Assembly (NCBI GenBank): GCA_958009085.1
Contig: OY253671.1
Span: 1,603,983 to 1,623,982, forward strand
DNA: 20,000 nucleotides
Reading direction: 5' to 3'
Source of the DNA: Protoeuglena noctilucae
Taxonomy: Eukaryota
Of this stretch, positions 1 to 13,641 are shown in pieces. Positions within the stretch are counted from its first letter, which is position 1; each line of letters opens with the position of its first letter. The notes below the pieces were generated by a model. The model was not told the origin of the DNA. It saw only the letters and a list, made by a program, of their open reading frames with translations, and did not search any database. The position numbers and the translations under genes were made by a program.

Positions 1-82
1 GCACACAGCGCTGTGCAGCTGGTGTCAGCTCCCATCCAAACATTCGTTTAGTCACGCCGCATCCTCTCTCGCACCCGCGCAG

Positions 83-1249
83 GGCCGTGTCGCAGCTGGC
101 ATGGCTGCAGAAGGAGGGGACGTTCGTGCCCAGGCCCGTCCTCGACTGCGCACGTGAGTCCCGCGGCCGTATGCAACAAGTGGGCGTGTCATGCATACTA
201 CTGTGCACCCAGGCAGTGCCTTTCTGATTACAATGACGACACCACAGATACCCCAGCGACCCACCCATGGCATGACTTGCACGACACTAACCCTTCTTCA
301 CCCATGGATCCACGCACTCATCTATTCTCCTATCATCCCCGCAGTGGTGGCGCTGTCGGATTCGTACGACCTCGAAGGCGCCATCCGCCTCTTTGAGACC
401 ATGGAGCAGTCGTTCGGGCAGGCGCCCTCCACGCAGAGCCACTCCGCCATCATGCGAGGCTGCCTCGTCAACGGCAACCCGGGCGCCGTGCTCTCAAGTG
501 CGTACACACACATGACACATGACACACTCACTTGCAGCATGTGCCCCGGCTCTCGGCTGCCGCACCGCAGACCCTCACTGGCACTCCCTTCCGATGCCTC
601 GCACCGCAGTCGGCGAGGAGATGCAGCGCGCGGGCGTCGACCCGGATCGCCTGGCCCTGGAGGCAGTGGTTCAAGCCCATCTGGCGCGGTCCGAGCTGGA
701 GCTGGCAGCCGAGGGGCTGGACGCGATGCTGGGGAGGCAGATGACGCCCAGCACGCGGCTGCTGACGGCGTTCACCCTCAAAGCCACGCGGCTGGGGGAC
801 GAGGGGGCGCTGCAGGTGCCCAGGGTGCAGCCACGGGCGGGCTGCGGTGCGTGCGCACTCGTGCATGCGATTGACATCCTGCTTCCTTACTGTCCTCCGC
901 AGTGGGTCGCCGGCGTGCTGCAGTTCCTGCAATACTACCCTTCTCAGCTGTCCGCCATCGAGCGGCGCTGGCGGGGGAGCGCGGGCGCCAGGAAGCCCTC
1001 CCTGCTCGGCAAGGTCCGCGAGTTCCTCAAGCACGCGCCGTCCTACCCTGAGGTGAGCGAGATGGCGCTGGTTCCGCGCAGCTGACTCCGATGGAGGGCG
1101 CGACACGGCAGGCCCCGCGTGCGCCGCAGGCCGAGACGTCGTTGATCGGGCGTGGACTCGACGAGGAGGTCAAGCTGATCGCCCGGCACGACGAGAAGGC
1201 CGCTGCGGCTGCTGCGAGCGCCATGGGGGCGGTAGAGAAAGACCGATAG
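83..1249 (+). CDS. Pentatricopeptide-repeat (PPR)-like protein, 3' part (gene begins upstream of the window)
   Basis: Exons 83-153, 345-497, 610-815, 903-1052, 1130-1249 join in phase over GT-AG introns. The spliced product contains ~35-aa helical repeats (…AIRLFETMEQSFGQAPSTQSHSAIMRGCLVNGNPGAVLSIGEEMQRAGVDPDRLALEAVVQAHLARSELELAAEGLDAMLGRQMTPS…) with the PPR-type 'eM...G..Pd' signature. Stop TAG at 1247-1249. Confidence 0.75.
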
Positions 1250-1385
1250 CACCCGCCCGGACAGGGCTAGGTACACCCTCTTCTGACACGCCGGCGTCGA
1301 AAATCGACAAGAGCTGGCGCCCCCGCCCCGCCCCACCCCTCTCTCACTAGCCTACCTGGCGTGGAACCCAGCTCGCGGGGGAAAG

Positions 1386-2392
1386 ATGGCCGAGGAGCAG
1401 CACGATCTCACCTTCGAGAATGCCGACGCCGGGGCTTCTCACACGTTCCCCATGCAGGCGGGCGCCATTAAGAAGGGTGGTCACATCGTCATCAAGGGGC
1501 GCCCCTGCAAGGTGGGCCGGGGGCGACCGCAGGCCGTTGCTCCTCCGCCTGCTGGATCGGTCCGCGGCTCGCGCTGGCCGTCACGGGCCCGATGGAGGCC
1601 CCTCAAGGCTCTCCGGGCGCCACTGCGCGCTGCCCGGCCGCGAGTCCGCCGCGCCCCCCTGCTCGGCCGTCAAGGCGGGCGGGTTGCGCGCACGCGCAGC
1701 ACCGGCCCATTTCGCGAATTTGGCCGCCGGTGCATTCCGCCGGGTCCCCCGCCGGGCCCGCGCGACCCGCGCCGGCCTGGAGGGCGGCAGGATGGGCCCG
1801 GGGCCCCCGCGCCGCCGAGCGAGCCTCCCGGGGTGCGAAGGCGGCGACGGAGCCCTCCCTGGTGCCGCAGGTGGTGGACGTGTCCACCTCCAAGACCGGG
1901 AAGCACGGCCACGCCAAGTGCAACTTCGTGGCGGTCGACATTTTCACCAACAAGAAGTACGAGGACATGTGCCCCTCCTCTCATAACTGCGAGGTGCCCA
2001 CAATCAAGAGGGCGGACTACCTCCTGCTGGACATCTCGGAGGACGGCTTCGTGTCGCTGATGGACGAGGCGACGGGTGCGCCCCTGCCGCGCTGCGCCTG
2101 GCCGCTCGGCCCGCCGAATCTTCCTTCGCTGACCTGTGCCGCGGCTCCGACTCTAGCCATCGGGAGGTGCCGCGAGCGACGCCGTGCTGAGATCCATTCC
2201 CTGGACCCTGCCGCAGGCGACACGCGTGACGACCTGAGCCTGCCCAAGGGCACGGATGAGCTGGACAAGCTGGCGGCGGACCTCAAGGCCGCGTTCGACG
2301 AGGGCAAGGAGCTGCGCGTCTCCGTCACCGCGGCCATGGGCGAGGAGATGATCCAGGCCCTCAAGACGGCCACCGACGTCACGGCGTCCTGA
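1386..2392 (+). CDS. eIF5A: Eukaryotic translation initiation/elongation factor 5A (168 aa)
   Basis: Exons 1386-1511, 1871-2075, 2217-2392 (507 nt). Contains [47 protein letters not shown], including the invariant hypusine motif [12 protein letters not shown]. Confidence 0.97.
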
Positions 2393-2896
2393 GCGCGCGG
2401 CTCGGCTGGCGGCGAGCAGTGCATTGGCCAGGGGATGTCTTCGTGCTGCGGCTCGCGCGTGCTGGACCAGACGGGCTTTGCTGAGAGGCTTGACAGGGAC
2501 GGCACGTCCTCGTGTCTTTGCTTGGTTGGAGGAGTAGAGGGCGTCTCTGCGCTGCGATGCCGCGCCCATCGTGGGGCTCTGGTAGGCTGACACTGGGAGC
2601 CGCCGGGCTTTGAATGATCGTCTTGACGCTCGAGCCTGCGGTTGAGGGCCTGCATCGGCCTCCGTGAACTCGCCCCTGTCCCGGCCGCTCGCCCACGCGA
2701 CGCTGCATGCCCATCATGCGCAAGCTCGTGCCCCTCACGCTTGCAAAGCGCCGAAATGGCTTTACCCTACGCTAGGGTTTCTGCCTGGCGGGCCCAGCGG
2801 GTCTGCGAGGCCGCTCCACCGTCCCCGCAACTTCCATTGCGAAAGGGAGTGGAACACAACCCTTCCTTCCCTTTCTCCTCCGTCATCCCGGCCACC

Positions 2897-4754
<1,858 letters not shown>

Positions 4755-5315
4755 CGCGGCGACGAGGGCGAACGGGGCGGCGTGGCCTCAGCCGACATTG
4801 GTGTGATGCGCAGCGGATTGCGACTGGGGCGGTCGGACCGGGCTTGTGTGCATGTGCCCATAATGCTGCCTTACGTAGCAGTCATCGCTCTCCGCGCTTG
4901 GGTCGCGAGCGGAGAGCCGAGTAGACAATTCGAAAAGTCGGCCCTTGAAACGATTTGAGGGATCCCGGGCGTTTCAGCGCCAGACACCGGCCCTGCGTGC
5001 CCAGGAGACGACGCTGGGGCGGCCGGGCCTCGCAGTGACTGAGAGCGATCATAGTATTCTCGAGCTGCGAGCGTCGTGTGCCTCTCCGAGCCGCAGAAAC
5101 AGCACAGCACACTTCTTTGCCTAGCGTTTGCTCCTGCCACTCCTGGGAGTCGTGTTTCCGCTCACGTTCGTCATCTTCGGCTTTCCATAGGCGCAGGCTG
5201 ATTGTAGTGTGCTTGGCTGGCTCTGGGGATGCCGCGCAGCATTCATTTCACGCGGCAAGGGGTGGCGGGATCTCGCACTGGCCGGGAAACCGGGTTTCGG
5301 CGGTAGCGCGTCGTC

Positions 5316-8300
5316 ATGCTGATACCTTACGGCTTTCCCACTGTCTGGGCCCTCGGGCAGGGGACCGACGGGGCCAGCGCAGGCCAGGATGGGGACCCTG
5401 AGAGTGAGGCCGCGCTCGTTGCGCGCCCATCGCCGAACCGCGCGAGCTATGCGCTCGCCGCGATCCTGCCAGTGAGCTGTCGCATCATCGCTACCGATCC
5501 GCGCCCCGAGACATGCCTGTTAACTTCCAGGCTTTCCAAGGTTCCCACCCCTGCCAGGACTTGTCTTCACCCACCAAGCCCCCCCTTCCCTGCGACACGC
5601 AGAGACGACTGCGCTCAAGGTGCTCTCCACGCCCTCCCTCATGGCCGTGCTCACCTCCCGCGGCCTCGAGGTGTGGTCGGCCGGGCGCGACCGCCACTGC
5701 GTCGCACGGTGGGCCGCTCCCCCGGGGGAGGCCCCCATCGATTTCTGCCTGTGGCCGTCCGCCCCCGCCGCCGCGGTGCTGTGCGCCCCCGACGCCCTGC
5801 ATCTGCTCACATGGAAGGAGACCTGGCAGACGGTGGCGGGGTCTCCGGTCCCATCCGCATCGGTGCAAGTGCGACACGTGGCAAGGGTGCCCGCGAGGGC
5901 AGGCGCCACGCCGGTGATCCTCGCGGGCGGCGCCGTGGGTCTCGTGCAGCCGCGCGGGGCCACCGCCGACCCGGGTGCTGCCCCGGTGGCGCTGGCGGGT
6001 GATGCGGGCGCGGTGGCAGTCGCCTTTGTGGACGGCAGCCTGCTGGCCGTGTCGTGGGCCGGGCGGCCCCTCGGCCTCGCATCCGCCGCGCATTGGGCGG
6101 CCGACGCTCCCCGCGACACCCCCTCTCCAGCTGCGGAGGTGGCGGTGGGGGGAGGGGTTGCTGCGGTGCGCATGCCGGGGCTGGGGGTGGCAGTGTGCGC
6201 GCTCCCATCGCCGGGAATCGCCGGGGTGCCCCCGCCGCCCGGGGATGCGTCGCTGCTCCCCTCCCCCGCCTCCCTGCCCGGGTCGCTGCTGGTGACGGAG
6301 GGGCGGGGACCGTGTGCTTTGGCGTTGGCGGCGGATGGCGACTGGCTGGCCGTGGGGATGGAGAGCGGCACCGTCGAGCTGTTTCAGACACGGGGGGGGA
6401 CGGCAGGGGCGGACAAGTGAGGCTCACTCGTGCCTGCCATTGCGTGCCTGCCCACCCATGTCGCTGCCCATTCGTGCTTGTGCGCAACACGCCCCAACAT
6501 GCATGCTACCCTGTGTCTGTCTCCCCTGCAGCAGTGACCCCCTCCCCTTCGCGTGGCTGCGCCCCTCGGACCTCGGTGACCCCCACCCCGGCGCCGTCAC
6601 AGCCCTGGCATGGTCACCCTGCGCCACCACTCTGGCAGTGGGATACGCATCCGCACCCGTCGCTCTATGGTCTCGCGCCGGCCACCGCCTGGCCTCCCTT
6701 GGCCCCGACACGGCGTGGACGCCCGGCAAGCGCGGCGTGTTGGCCACCGGTGCTCGGTCCATTGCCTTCGCTGCCCACGGCGCATTCCTGGCCGCTGTGG
6801 GGGGCAGTCCCGACGACAGGTGACGATGACGATGACGATGGGGAGGGTAGTTAGTACACAAGAGTGAAAGATGTTGCGGGTGCATATAGCAGTTGACGAT
6901 GACGGTGGGGAGGGTAGTTGGGGCAACGGTGATGGATGCTGCGGATTGATGGCAGTTGGCAGTTGTATCACTCCCCGCATCCCTCACTCCATCTTCGATC
7001 CCTGTTCACTCGACTGCAATGTTATTGCTCACACCTCACGTCATCATCTCTCCACTCTTCTCTCCCCCAGTCACGCGGTGGTGGAGGTGGGGCTGGCGCG
7101 CGCCCCCTCGGGCCTCCACCCGCAGCCGGCGATGGGCCCCGTCGCTGGGGGGAGGAACGCGGACGCAGCGGCGGCGGCACCGGGGGCGGCTGGGCGTCGT
7201 CACTGCGCGGCGATGGTGTACGGGGATGGGGTGCTGCTGGTGGGGGTCGACTCACCGCAGGTGACTTTGACAATGGGGGCGGGGGTGGTTGGGGTACTGG
7301 TGGTTGTAAAGTAGTTGTATGGTTGCTATTTAATCTCAATTGTTCGCATGTTCCATTCACTCTCCATAGCAGTACTAACCAATCTCCCCCTCCCCTCCCC
7401 TGGTCTCTCCCCCAGGGTTCCCTCCCCAGCCACGACCGCATCCACGCGCACGTGATGGCCGTGCCTGCCCCCGAGGCGTACCTCGCCCACTGGCCTCTGC
7501 GCCACGTCGCATGCCGGGGGGACGCGGTGGCCGTCGCGGGGTGCAGGGGGGTGGCAGGTAAATGGGTGGGGGGGTGGCTATGCAGGTGGCTAGCAGGGAC
7601 TGATGAAGCATCTCTGTACTCACCACAACTGCTGTGCTCTCCAACTGCATAGCTGTGCGGTTGCCGCTACGGTCACACCGACTCTGCGACATCACGTCTC
7701 TCCCTCTCTCACCCGCAGTACACTCCCTGCCCTCCTCCCGCTGGCACCTCTGCGGCGATGCTCACCACGAGCGATCTTTTACAACTATTGCCATCGCATG
7801 GGCAGATGACCACCTCGCCCTCCTCACCACCCCACCGCCGCAGCCGGGCACGCCACCCCACGCGCACCTTGTAAGCAGTGACGCCCCGTCTGGGCCCATC
7901 ACCCTGCAGGCGAGAGAGAGGGTGTTGTTACACATGCATGCAACATGACAGCACTGTTGCCACACACCACCATTGCCACCGCCACCACCACCCCATCCAT
8001 GCCCCCCTCTCCCCTCCCCCCCAGGTCTACGCCCACGGCCGCCTCTCCCCCGACACCCTCGCCACCTGGGACCCTCCCCTCCACCGCACCCCCATCGCCC
8101 TCTGTGCCGCACGCACCTACCTCGCCGTCGCCCTCGCCCCATCATCGGACTCACCCCTCACCGTCGAGATCCTCACCCTCACCGACTCCCCATCCCCACC
8201 ACATCTAACACCCCAGCGCCTGGCATCCGTGGACATCGCAGACGCACCCCCTTTACCAATGACCACGGCCCTGCTGCTGAGCGCGCCCCACGCGACGGGG

Positions 8301-11300
8301 CCCGCCCCGCCATGGCTGCCCCCCGCCGGCCCCGGCCACCGCCTGCGCCCCTCGCATCTGGCAATGCTGTCCGGGTCTCAATCGCGCACGCTGTCGGTCG
8401 CCTCTCTGCGCACCGGCCGTGCGGCGCCTGTGGCGGTGAACGTCAACGCGGCGTGGACGCCCGGGGTGGCGGCGCTGGGGCAGAGAGACACGTGAGTGGG
8501 GGCGGTAGAGAGGGAGGAGTGATGAGGGTAGATACGTGAGTGGGGGTGGCAGAGGGGGGGGGTTGTGATCAGGGGGGATGCGTGTGATGGTGCGGCATAG
8601 CTGTGTCGCCATTCTGCTCTGTGTTTGCCACTCATGTCGCCCTCATGTTCACCACCCCCCCCATGTACCCACTCCCTCTCATGTTCACCACTCCCCCTCA
8701 TGTCACCACTCACATGCCACCCTCATATCCCTCCTCACTCACTCACTCACCCTCTCCCCTCCCCCCCAGTCGCTCCTCGTGGCCCCGCCCCGACGCCCGC
8801 GCCCCCTCGGCCGCCCACGCATCGGTGGGGTCGCTGGGATCGATGGGATCGGTCAGTTCTCTCAAACTGGACCTGCACACCGTCAGGGAGGCAGTCGCGT
8901 ACCCACACGGGCCCGGTGAGGGGGGGTGGATGGATGCGATTGGCAGAGACATCACTGATGATCAAGCGCACAGCTGATGACCGTGATGCTGCTGTGGCCA
9001 TGCGCTGCAGTGCGGTGGTGTGCTGTCTGCTGCAGTTGTCATACATTGCGCTGCTGTCGTGCATTGCATTGCATCCATCCACAAAATGTCACCCCCCCCC
9101 CTCCCTCCCCCAGGTCTCCCCCGCCCCCCCCACCCCCTGTCCGGCACCGCGCGTGAGATGGCGTCCATGTCTGACCTGGGCAGGCTGCTCGACAGGGCAG
9201 CACACGTGCACGGGGTGCCCACGGGGGTCACCTCACCCGCCCAGGCGAGAAAGGGTGGGGGTTCATACTGCTGTCGATCTCATTACGATCAACAGCAGCG
9301 CTTGCTGTCTCCAGTGACACTCACTCACTCACTCCCACACTCCCACACTCACCCGCTCACTCACTCAGTCCCTCATTCACACCTCCCCCCCCTTCACTCC
9401 CCCCCAGTCCCGCCCCTCCCTCGACGCCCTCTTCCCCACTCACACTCACACACACAGACACACTCTCACTCACTCTCACCCATTCACAATCCCGTCTTCT
9501 CCCCCCCAGGCCCGCCCTTCCCTGGACGCCCTCTTCCCCCTCTCCCCCTCCCGCGCCGCATCCACCACCGCACTGCTGCCGCCCTGGTGGGTGGTGGGAG
9601 CCGGGGGACTACACTGCGCCCACCCATCGGCATTGACAGCCGTGGATGCAGACGCACCGATGACCACCATGGCTGCGCCACCCAACACAATGGTTGGTGC
9701 TATGACGAGTGGTTCTGGTGTCACGTCTACCGTTGGTGTCACGTCTACTGCTGGTGTCACGCCTATTGCGATGTCTATGGCAACTGCTGGTGTCATGGCA
9801 TCTCCTGACATGGTGGATGCTGCATCTCCGGGTGACGTGCCTGTGGACCAGGATCACGTGACAGTGGGGCTCGACTGGCAGGGGGGGGCGGTGGTCACGA
9901 TGAGGCGAGTGCGCGAGAGGGGGGGGGCGGTAGCGAAGCATATGATGCGAGTGGCTGTATTGGGCACTCGTTGTACTAACCAATCAACCAACAATCGCCT
10001 GTGTCATCGCGATTGCCAGCATAAGCGTCACTCACGCCACCCTCCTCTCATGCGCATGCCATAGTGTATGTGGCACTCACGCCACCCACCTCCCAACACC
10101 GCCTGTCATGCCATTCCCCCCATCTCCCTCCCCTCCCTCACAGCACCGTCTCCACCGTCCACCGTGCCGCATCTGTCTCTCTTTACCCCCCCCGCGACCC
10201 ACTCCTGGCGCCGTGGGCGTCACCCCACGCGCACGTCACGCCACTCCTCCCATTCATGCTGCGGTGAGTCGTTGTGCTATGGCAAATGCTCGAACTTGCT
10301 TTTATATATAGTGTATCTCTCTTTTTTTGTATTAAACGCACTCTCATCGTCAATCCATGACCCCCCCCTCTTCACCCCTTCACACCCACATCCTGACCCT
10401 CAACCCCCCATATATCATCTCCCCCCCCCCCCCCAGTCAGTTGGTGCGCCAGGGCCGCCTCCCCGAGGCAGAGTCCCTGGCACTGCGCCACGCATCGTCC
10501 ACCGACGTGGCACTCTCGCTGGAGAGACTGCTGGCACTGGCACTGCACGCCTGGCACCCCGCCACCCCCAGGCACCGCATGCAGGGGGCAGGCACGCACA
10601 GCCACGGTGAGGGGGATGTGGGTGTAAGGTTGCATGTGGATACCGTTCATGACAGTACTGGTACTATCAGTACCATCATAGAAACGAGTTGCCATGGTAG
10701 ACGTGTGCAGCGTGTCGAGATGCATGTAGTGCTAAGCATGTATTGACAAGACATAATACACGCAACCCCTTCCACCTCCCACTCCCCCCCAGTGCGCCCC
10801 CTCCCCCTCGTGACCCCCGTGCACTCGGTGGCGAGGCCAGACGACAGCCCACCCCCCTCCCCGCCCTCGCCCCTCCCACCGCGGCCGGGCAGCCCCCCCG
10901 CCTTCTCGCATCTCCCTCCCCGCGACGCCCACGCTGTGACTGCTATGGTAACTGATGACGACGACAGCGGGCGTGAGCGTGGCACCCCCTCCCCCCGCCA
11001 CAGCGCCGACGCCGCCAGGGAGTCACCGGGTGAGGGGAGAGTGCGTGTGGTAATTATACAAGCGTGCATGCTCACATGCTGTCACGCGCACCCCCATGTT
11101 CACCATCACATGCAGTGACGCGCAGTCCGCACCCCCTCTGCTCATGTGTCGTCACTGCCCCCACCTCTGCCCTTCCACTCTCAGCCTCTTCCCCCTTCAC
11201 CCCCGACATCTCCCGGCCCCTCAGCCGCCGCTCCCTCCACCGCCTGGCCATGCCATCCCTGTCCCTCTCCCCCGGCACTCCCAGCGGGGACGACGACAAC

Positions 11301-13249
11301 GAATGGGGCACTGCCAGAGACGCGACAGGGGCGGTGAGGAGATGGGGGGGGCATGTGTGATGGATGCAGCTGCGAGCAAGCCCAATGCATGCATTGGGAC
11401 CTGCAATTTAGGCAACCACACACAAGCACGCAATCGGCAGGCGTATGCGCGCACCGCCTCTGCTCTGCTTTGCTCATAACATGCAATCACACATGCCCCA
11501 GTGTAACCGTGATGTCAATCATACCATCGTCACTCTCACCGCCAATGCTCCCCTCTCCCCAATCAACAGGGCCCCGCCCCCACCTCTCACCTCGAAGACG
11601 TCTTGGCCATCCTCAAGCAGTTCCCGCACTTCCCAGAAGTGGTCATCAGGCGAGAGATGGGGTGATGGAACACGGCATGTATTGCACCCATCTCCACTCA
11701 CTCCCACTCGCACTCAATATCACCTCTCACCCATCGTCCCCCCCTCACCCCCAGCGTGGCGCGCAAGTGCGACCACTCCCTCTGGCCCCCCCTCTTCCGC
11801 CTCGCCGGTCCCCCCTCCTTCCTCGCCGAAGAGGTCCTCGCCAGGGGTAACCTGCGCACAGCAGCGTCCGCACTCGTCGTGGTGGGGGAGGCCGAGGGGG
11901 GGGACGCGGCCGCGTCGCTGGCCAGGCTGGTGACGGAGCAGGCGTTGCACGCGGCAGACTACGATCTGTGCGCGGAGCTGCTGCGGTTTGCGCTTCTGAG
12001 GGGGACGGGAGCAGGGCCGCCCTCGCACCCCCCCTCGCCCACCCTGCGCGCGAGCGGGGGCGGCAGCGCGCCCGCATCCCCCGCACTGCGCCGCAACGGG
12101 CACAGCGGCGATGCGGCGAAGGCGCAGGGAACGCAGCCGCGCGCGTCGCAGGGGTGGTGGCTGCTGTCGTGGCTGATGGGGGGCGATGCGACACGCGGGG
12201 AGGGGGGTGGTGGTGGTGGCAGTAATGGTGCCAATGCAAACGCGGGTGCAGTGTCCAGTCGCCTGTCCCGCAACAGTCTGCCCCGCTCGTCGGGTCTGCT
12301 GGACCCGCATGCGACGTTGGACGCGGTGCTGTCATCCATGGCGGTGCCTGAGCCGCCCCCCCCCGAGGGCACACCTGCCGCGTGGCTGTGGTCGCTGTGC
12401 GGGGAGGTGTGTCAGCACGCAGTGGCATTGCTGGACATGGGCATGCTGTCGCAGCTGGCGGCCATGGGCAGGGCACTGGCACCCGCGGGGGCATCGCTGT
12501 CAACAGTGCTGGGGGCGGGGGGGGCGGCGCGGTGGGCGGCCGCTGAAGGGGCGATGGCGGAGCGGGGCGTGGCGGGCGCACAGGCGTGGGGACTCGAGGC
12601 GTCGCTGCTGGCGGCCGTGGCGGGGCCGGACGAGGGGGAGGGGGAAAGTGAGGGAGCGCTAGTGAGAGTGGCGATGAACGTGGTATCACGACTGCCATGT
12701 CACGCGCCGTGTGATGTCTCGTTGCTCACCCATGCTATAACCACCTCCCCTGCAGCGCCCCTCCCCCCCCGCCCGCTCTCCACCAAGACCCGTGCTGCCA
12801 TGGCCGTGCACGCGCTGTCCCTGTGCCGCGACGAGTTCACCGCGGACCCCGGGGACGCGGCCCGCTCCTCTATTGATGCTCTGTGCGATGCTTTGGGGTG
12901 CCATGGGGCGTGGGCGTGGGTGGCTGCGCTGGGACTCGTGGCGGCGTCCAAGGAAGCCATCGCTGAGGTGAGGCACAGGCATTGCATACATTGCATGGCA
13001 TGGCACGGGACAGTGATGCATGGGGCAGCAAGCGGATGTGATGAGGGGCGGGGTTGGGTGACATGAGGCGCACTGCTGCTGACGGCTGCTCTTCATGCAT
13101 GCATGCCGTTCTCTCTCCCGCAGGTAGCCGCCAAGGACCATGCTTTGTGGGAGCACTTCTCCCGCCAGGTGCGCACGGACGTGCAGCTGGCCGCCTTCTG
13201 GGGGACAGTTGATGCGGCGTGGGAGGAGGGGCTGGGGAGAAGGGCGTAG
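5316..13249 (+). CDS. RIC1: RIC1 homolog (Rab6/Ypt6 GEF complex subunit; WD40-like N-terminus plus RIC1 domain), about 1612 aa
   Basis: Exons 5316-5403, 5603-6416, 6532-6819, 7071-7260, 7416-7557, 7719-7909, 8025-8491, 8770-8915, 9114-9244, 9510-9904, 10144-10263, 10437-10606, 10793-11029, 11185-11333, 11570-11649, 11755-12647, 12756-12967, 13124-13249 (4839 nt, in phase). RIC1-like motifs recognised from memory: MLIPYGFP start, YLAHWPLRHVA..DAVAVAG, RWHLCGD, MLRQLVRQG..LSLERLL, FPHFPEVVISVARKCDHSLWPPLFRLAG..LRTAA. Some internal boundaries are uncertain (7871 vs 7910 donor; 11116 vs 11185 acceptor). Confidence 0.88.
9318..9481 (+). repeat. Intronic (CACT)n/(CA)n low-complexity tract
   Basis: CACTCACTCACTCACTCCCACAC…CACTCACACTCACACACACAGACACACTCTCACTCACTCTC within intron 9245-9509. 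Confidence 0.8.
9717..9770 (+). repeat. 18-bp coding minisatellite in RIC1 exon 10 (GVTST[V/A] units)
   Basis: TGGTGTCACGTCTACCGT / TGGTGTCACGTCTACTGC / TGGTGTCACGCCTATTGC, with a further partial unit near 9784-9797. Confidence 0.85.
11650..11754 (+). other. GC-AG intron in RIC1
   Basis: CAG|GCGAGA donor, phase 2, restores FPEVVIS-VARK. Confidence 0.85.
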
Positions 13250-13641
13250 GGATGACAGGGACTGTTAGAGACTGTGTTTATAGATCGGTGTGCCTTGCCT
13301 ACCTGCTGCTGCCTGCGGGGCTTGATGGAATGAAACGAGACAACTTGCGCTGGCACTTGCGCCCCGCACTGGCACGCGAGGCAGCGACGAATGGGAGCAA
13401 GGGGCCGATCAGTGCGATCAATACCACGACATCACCGACACCGGATGCTGATAGGGCACGACCGCGCGCCCCTTTCTGCAATCACGCTACGGTTGCCACG
13501 CCCGGGCCGCATCCGGCGCCCGGGAGAGTGAAACCAGGCGGTTGCCGGGTGAAGATTGAAGCAAAGGCAGCGGTGCAGATATCGGTGTGACTTTACAAGC
13601 CCGGGTGGGCCGCAGGCGGGGTTGGCCCTAGGCGGAGCAGA

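Noticed and set aside
5404..5604. Alternative RIC1 exon 1 ending at 5471 with acceptor 5604
   Set aside because: It is possible in frame, but donor 5404 with the CGCAG acceptor at 5602 matches the acceptor style of this genome and the compact RIC1 N-terminus better.
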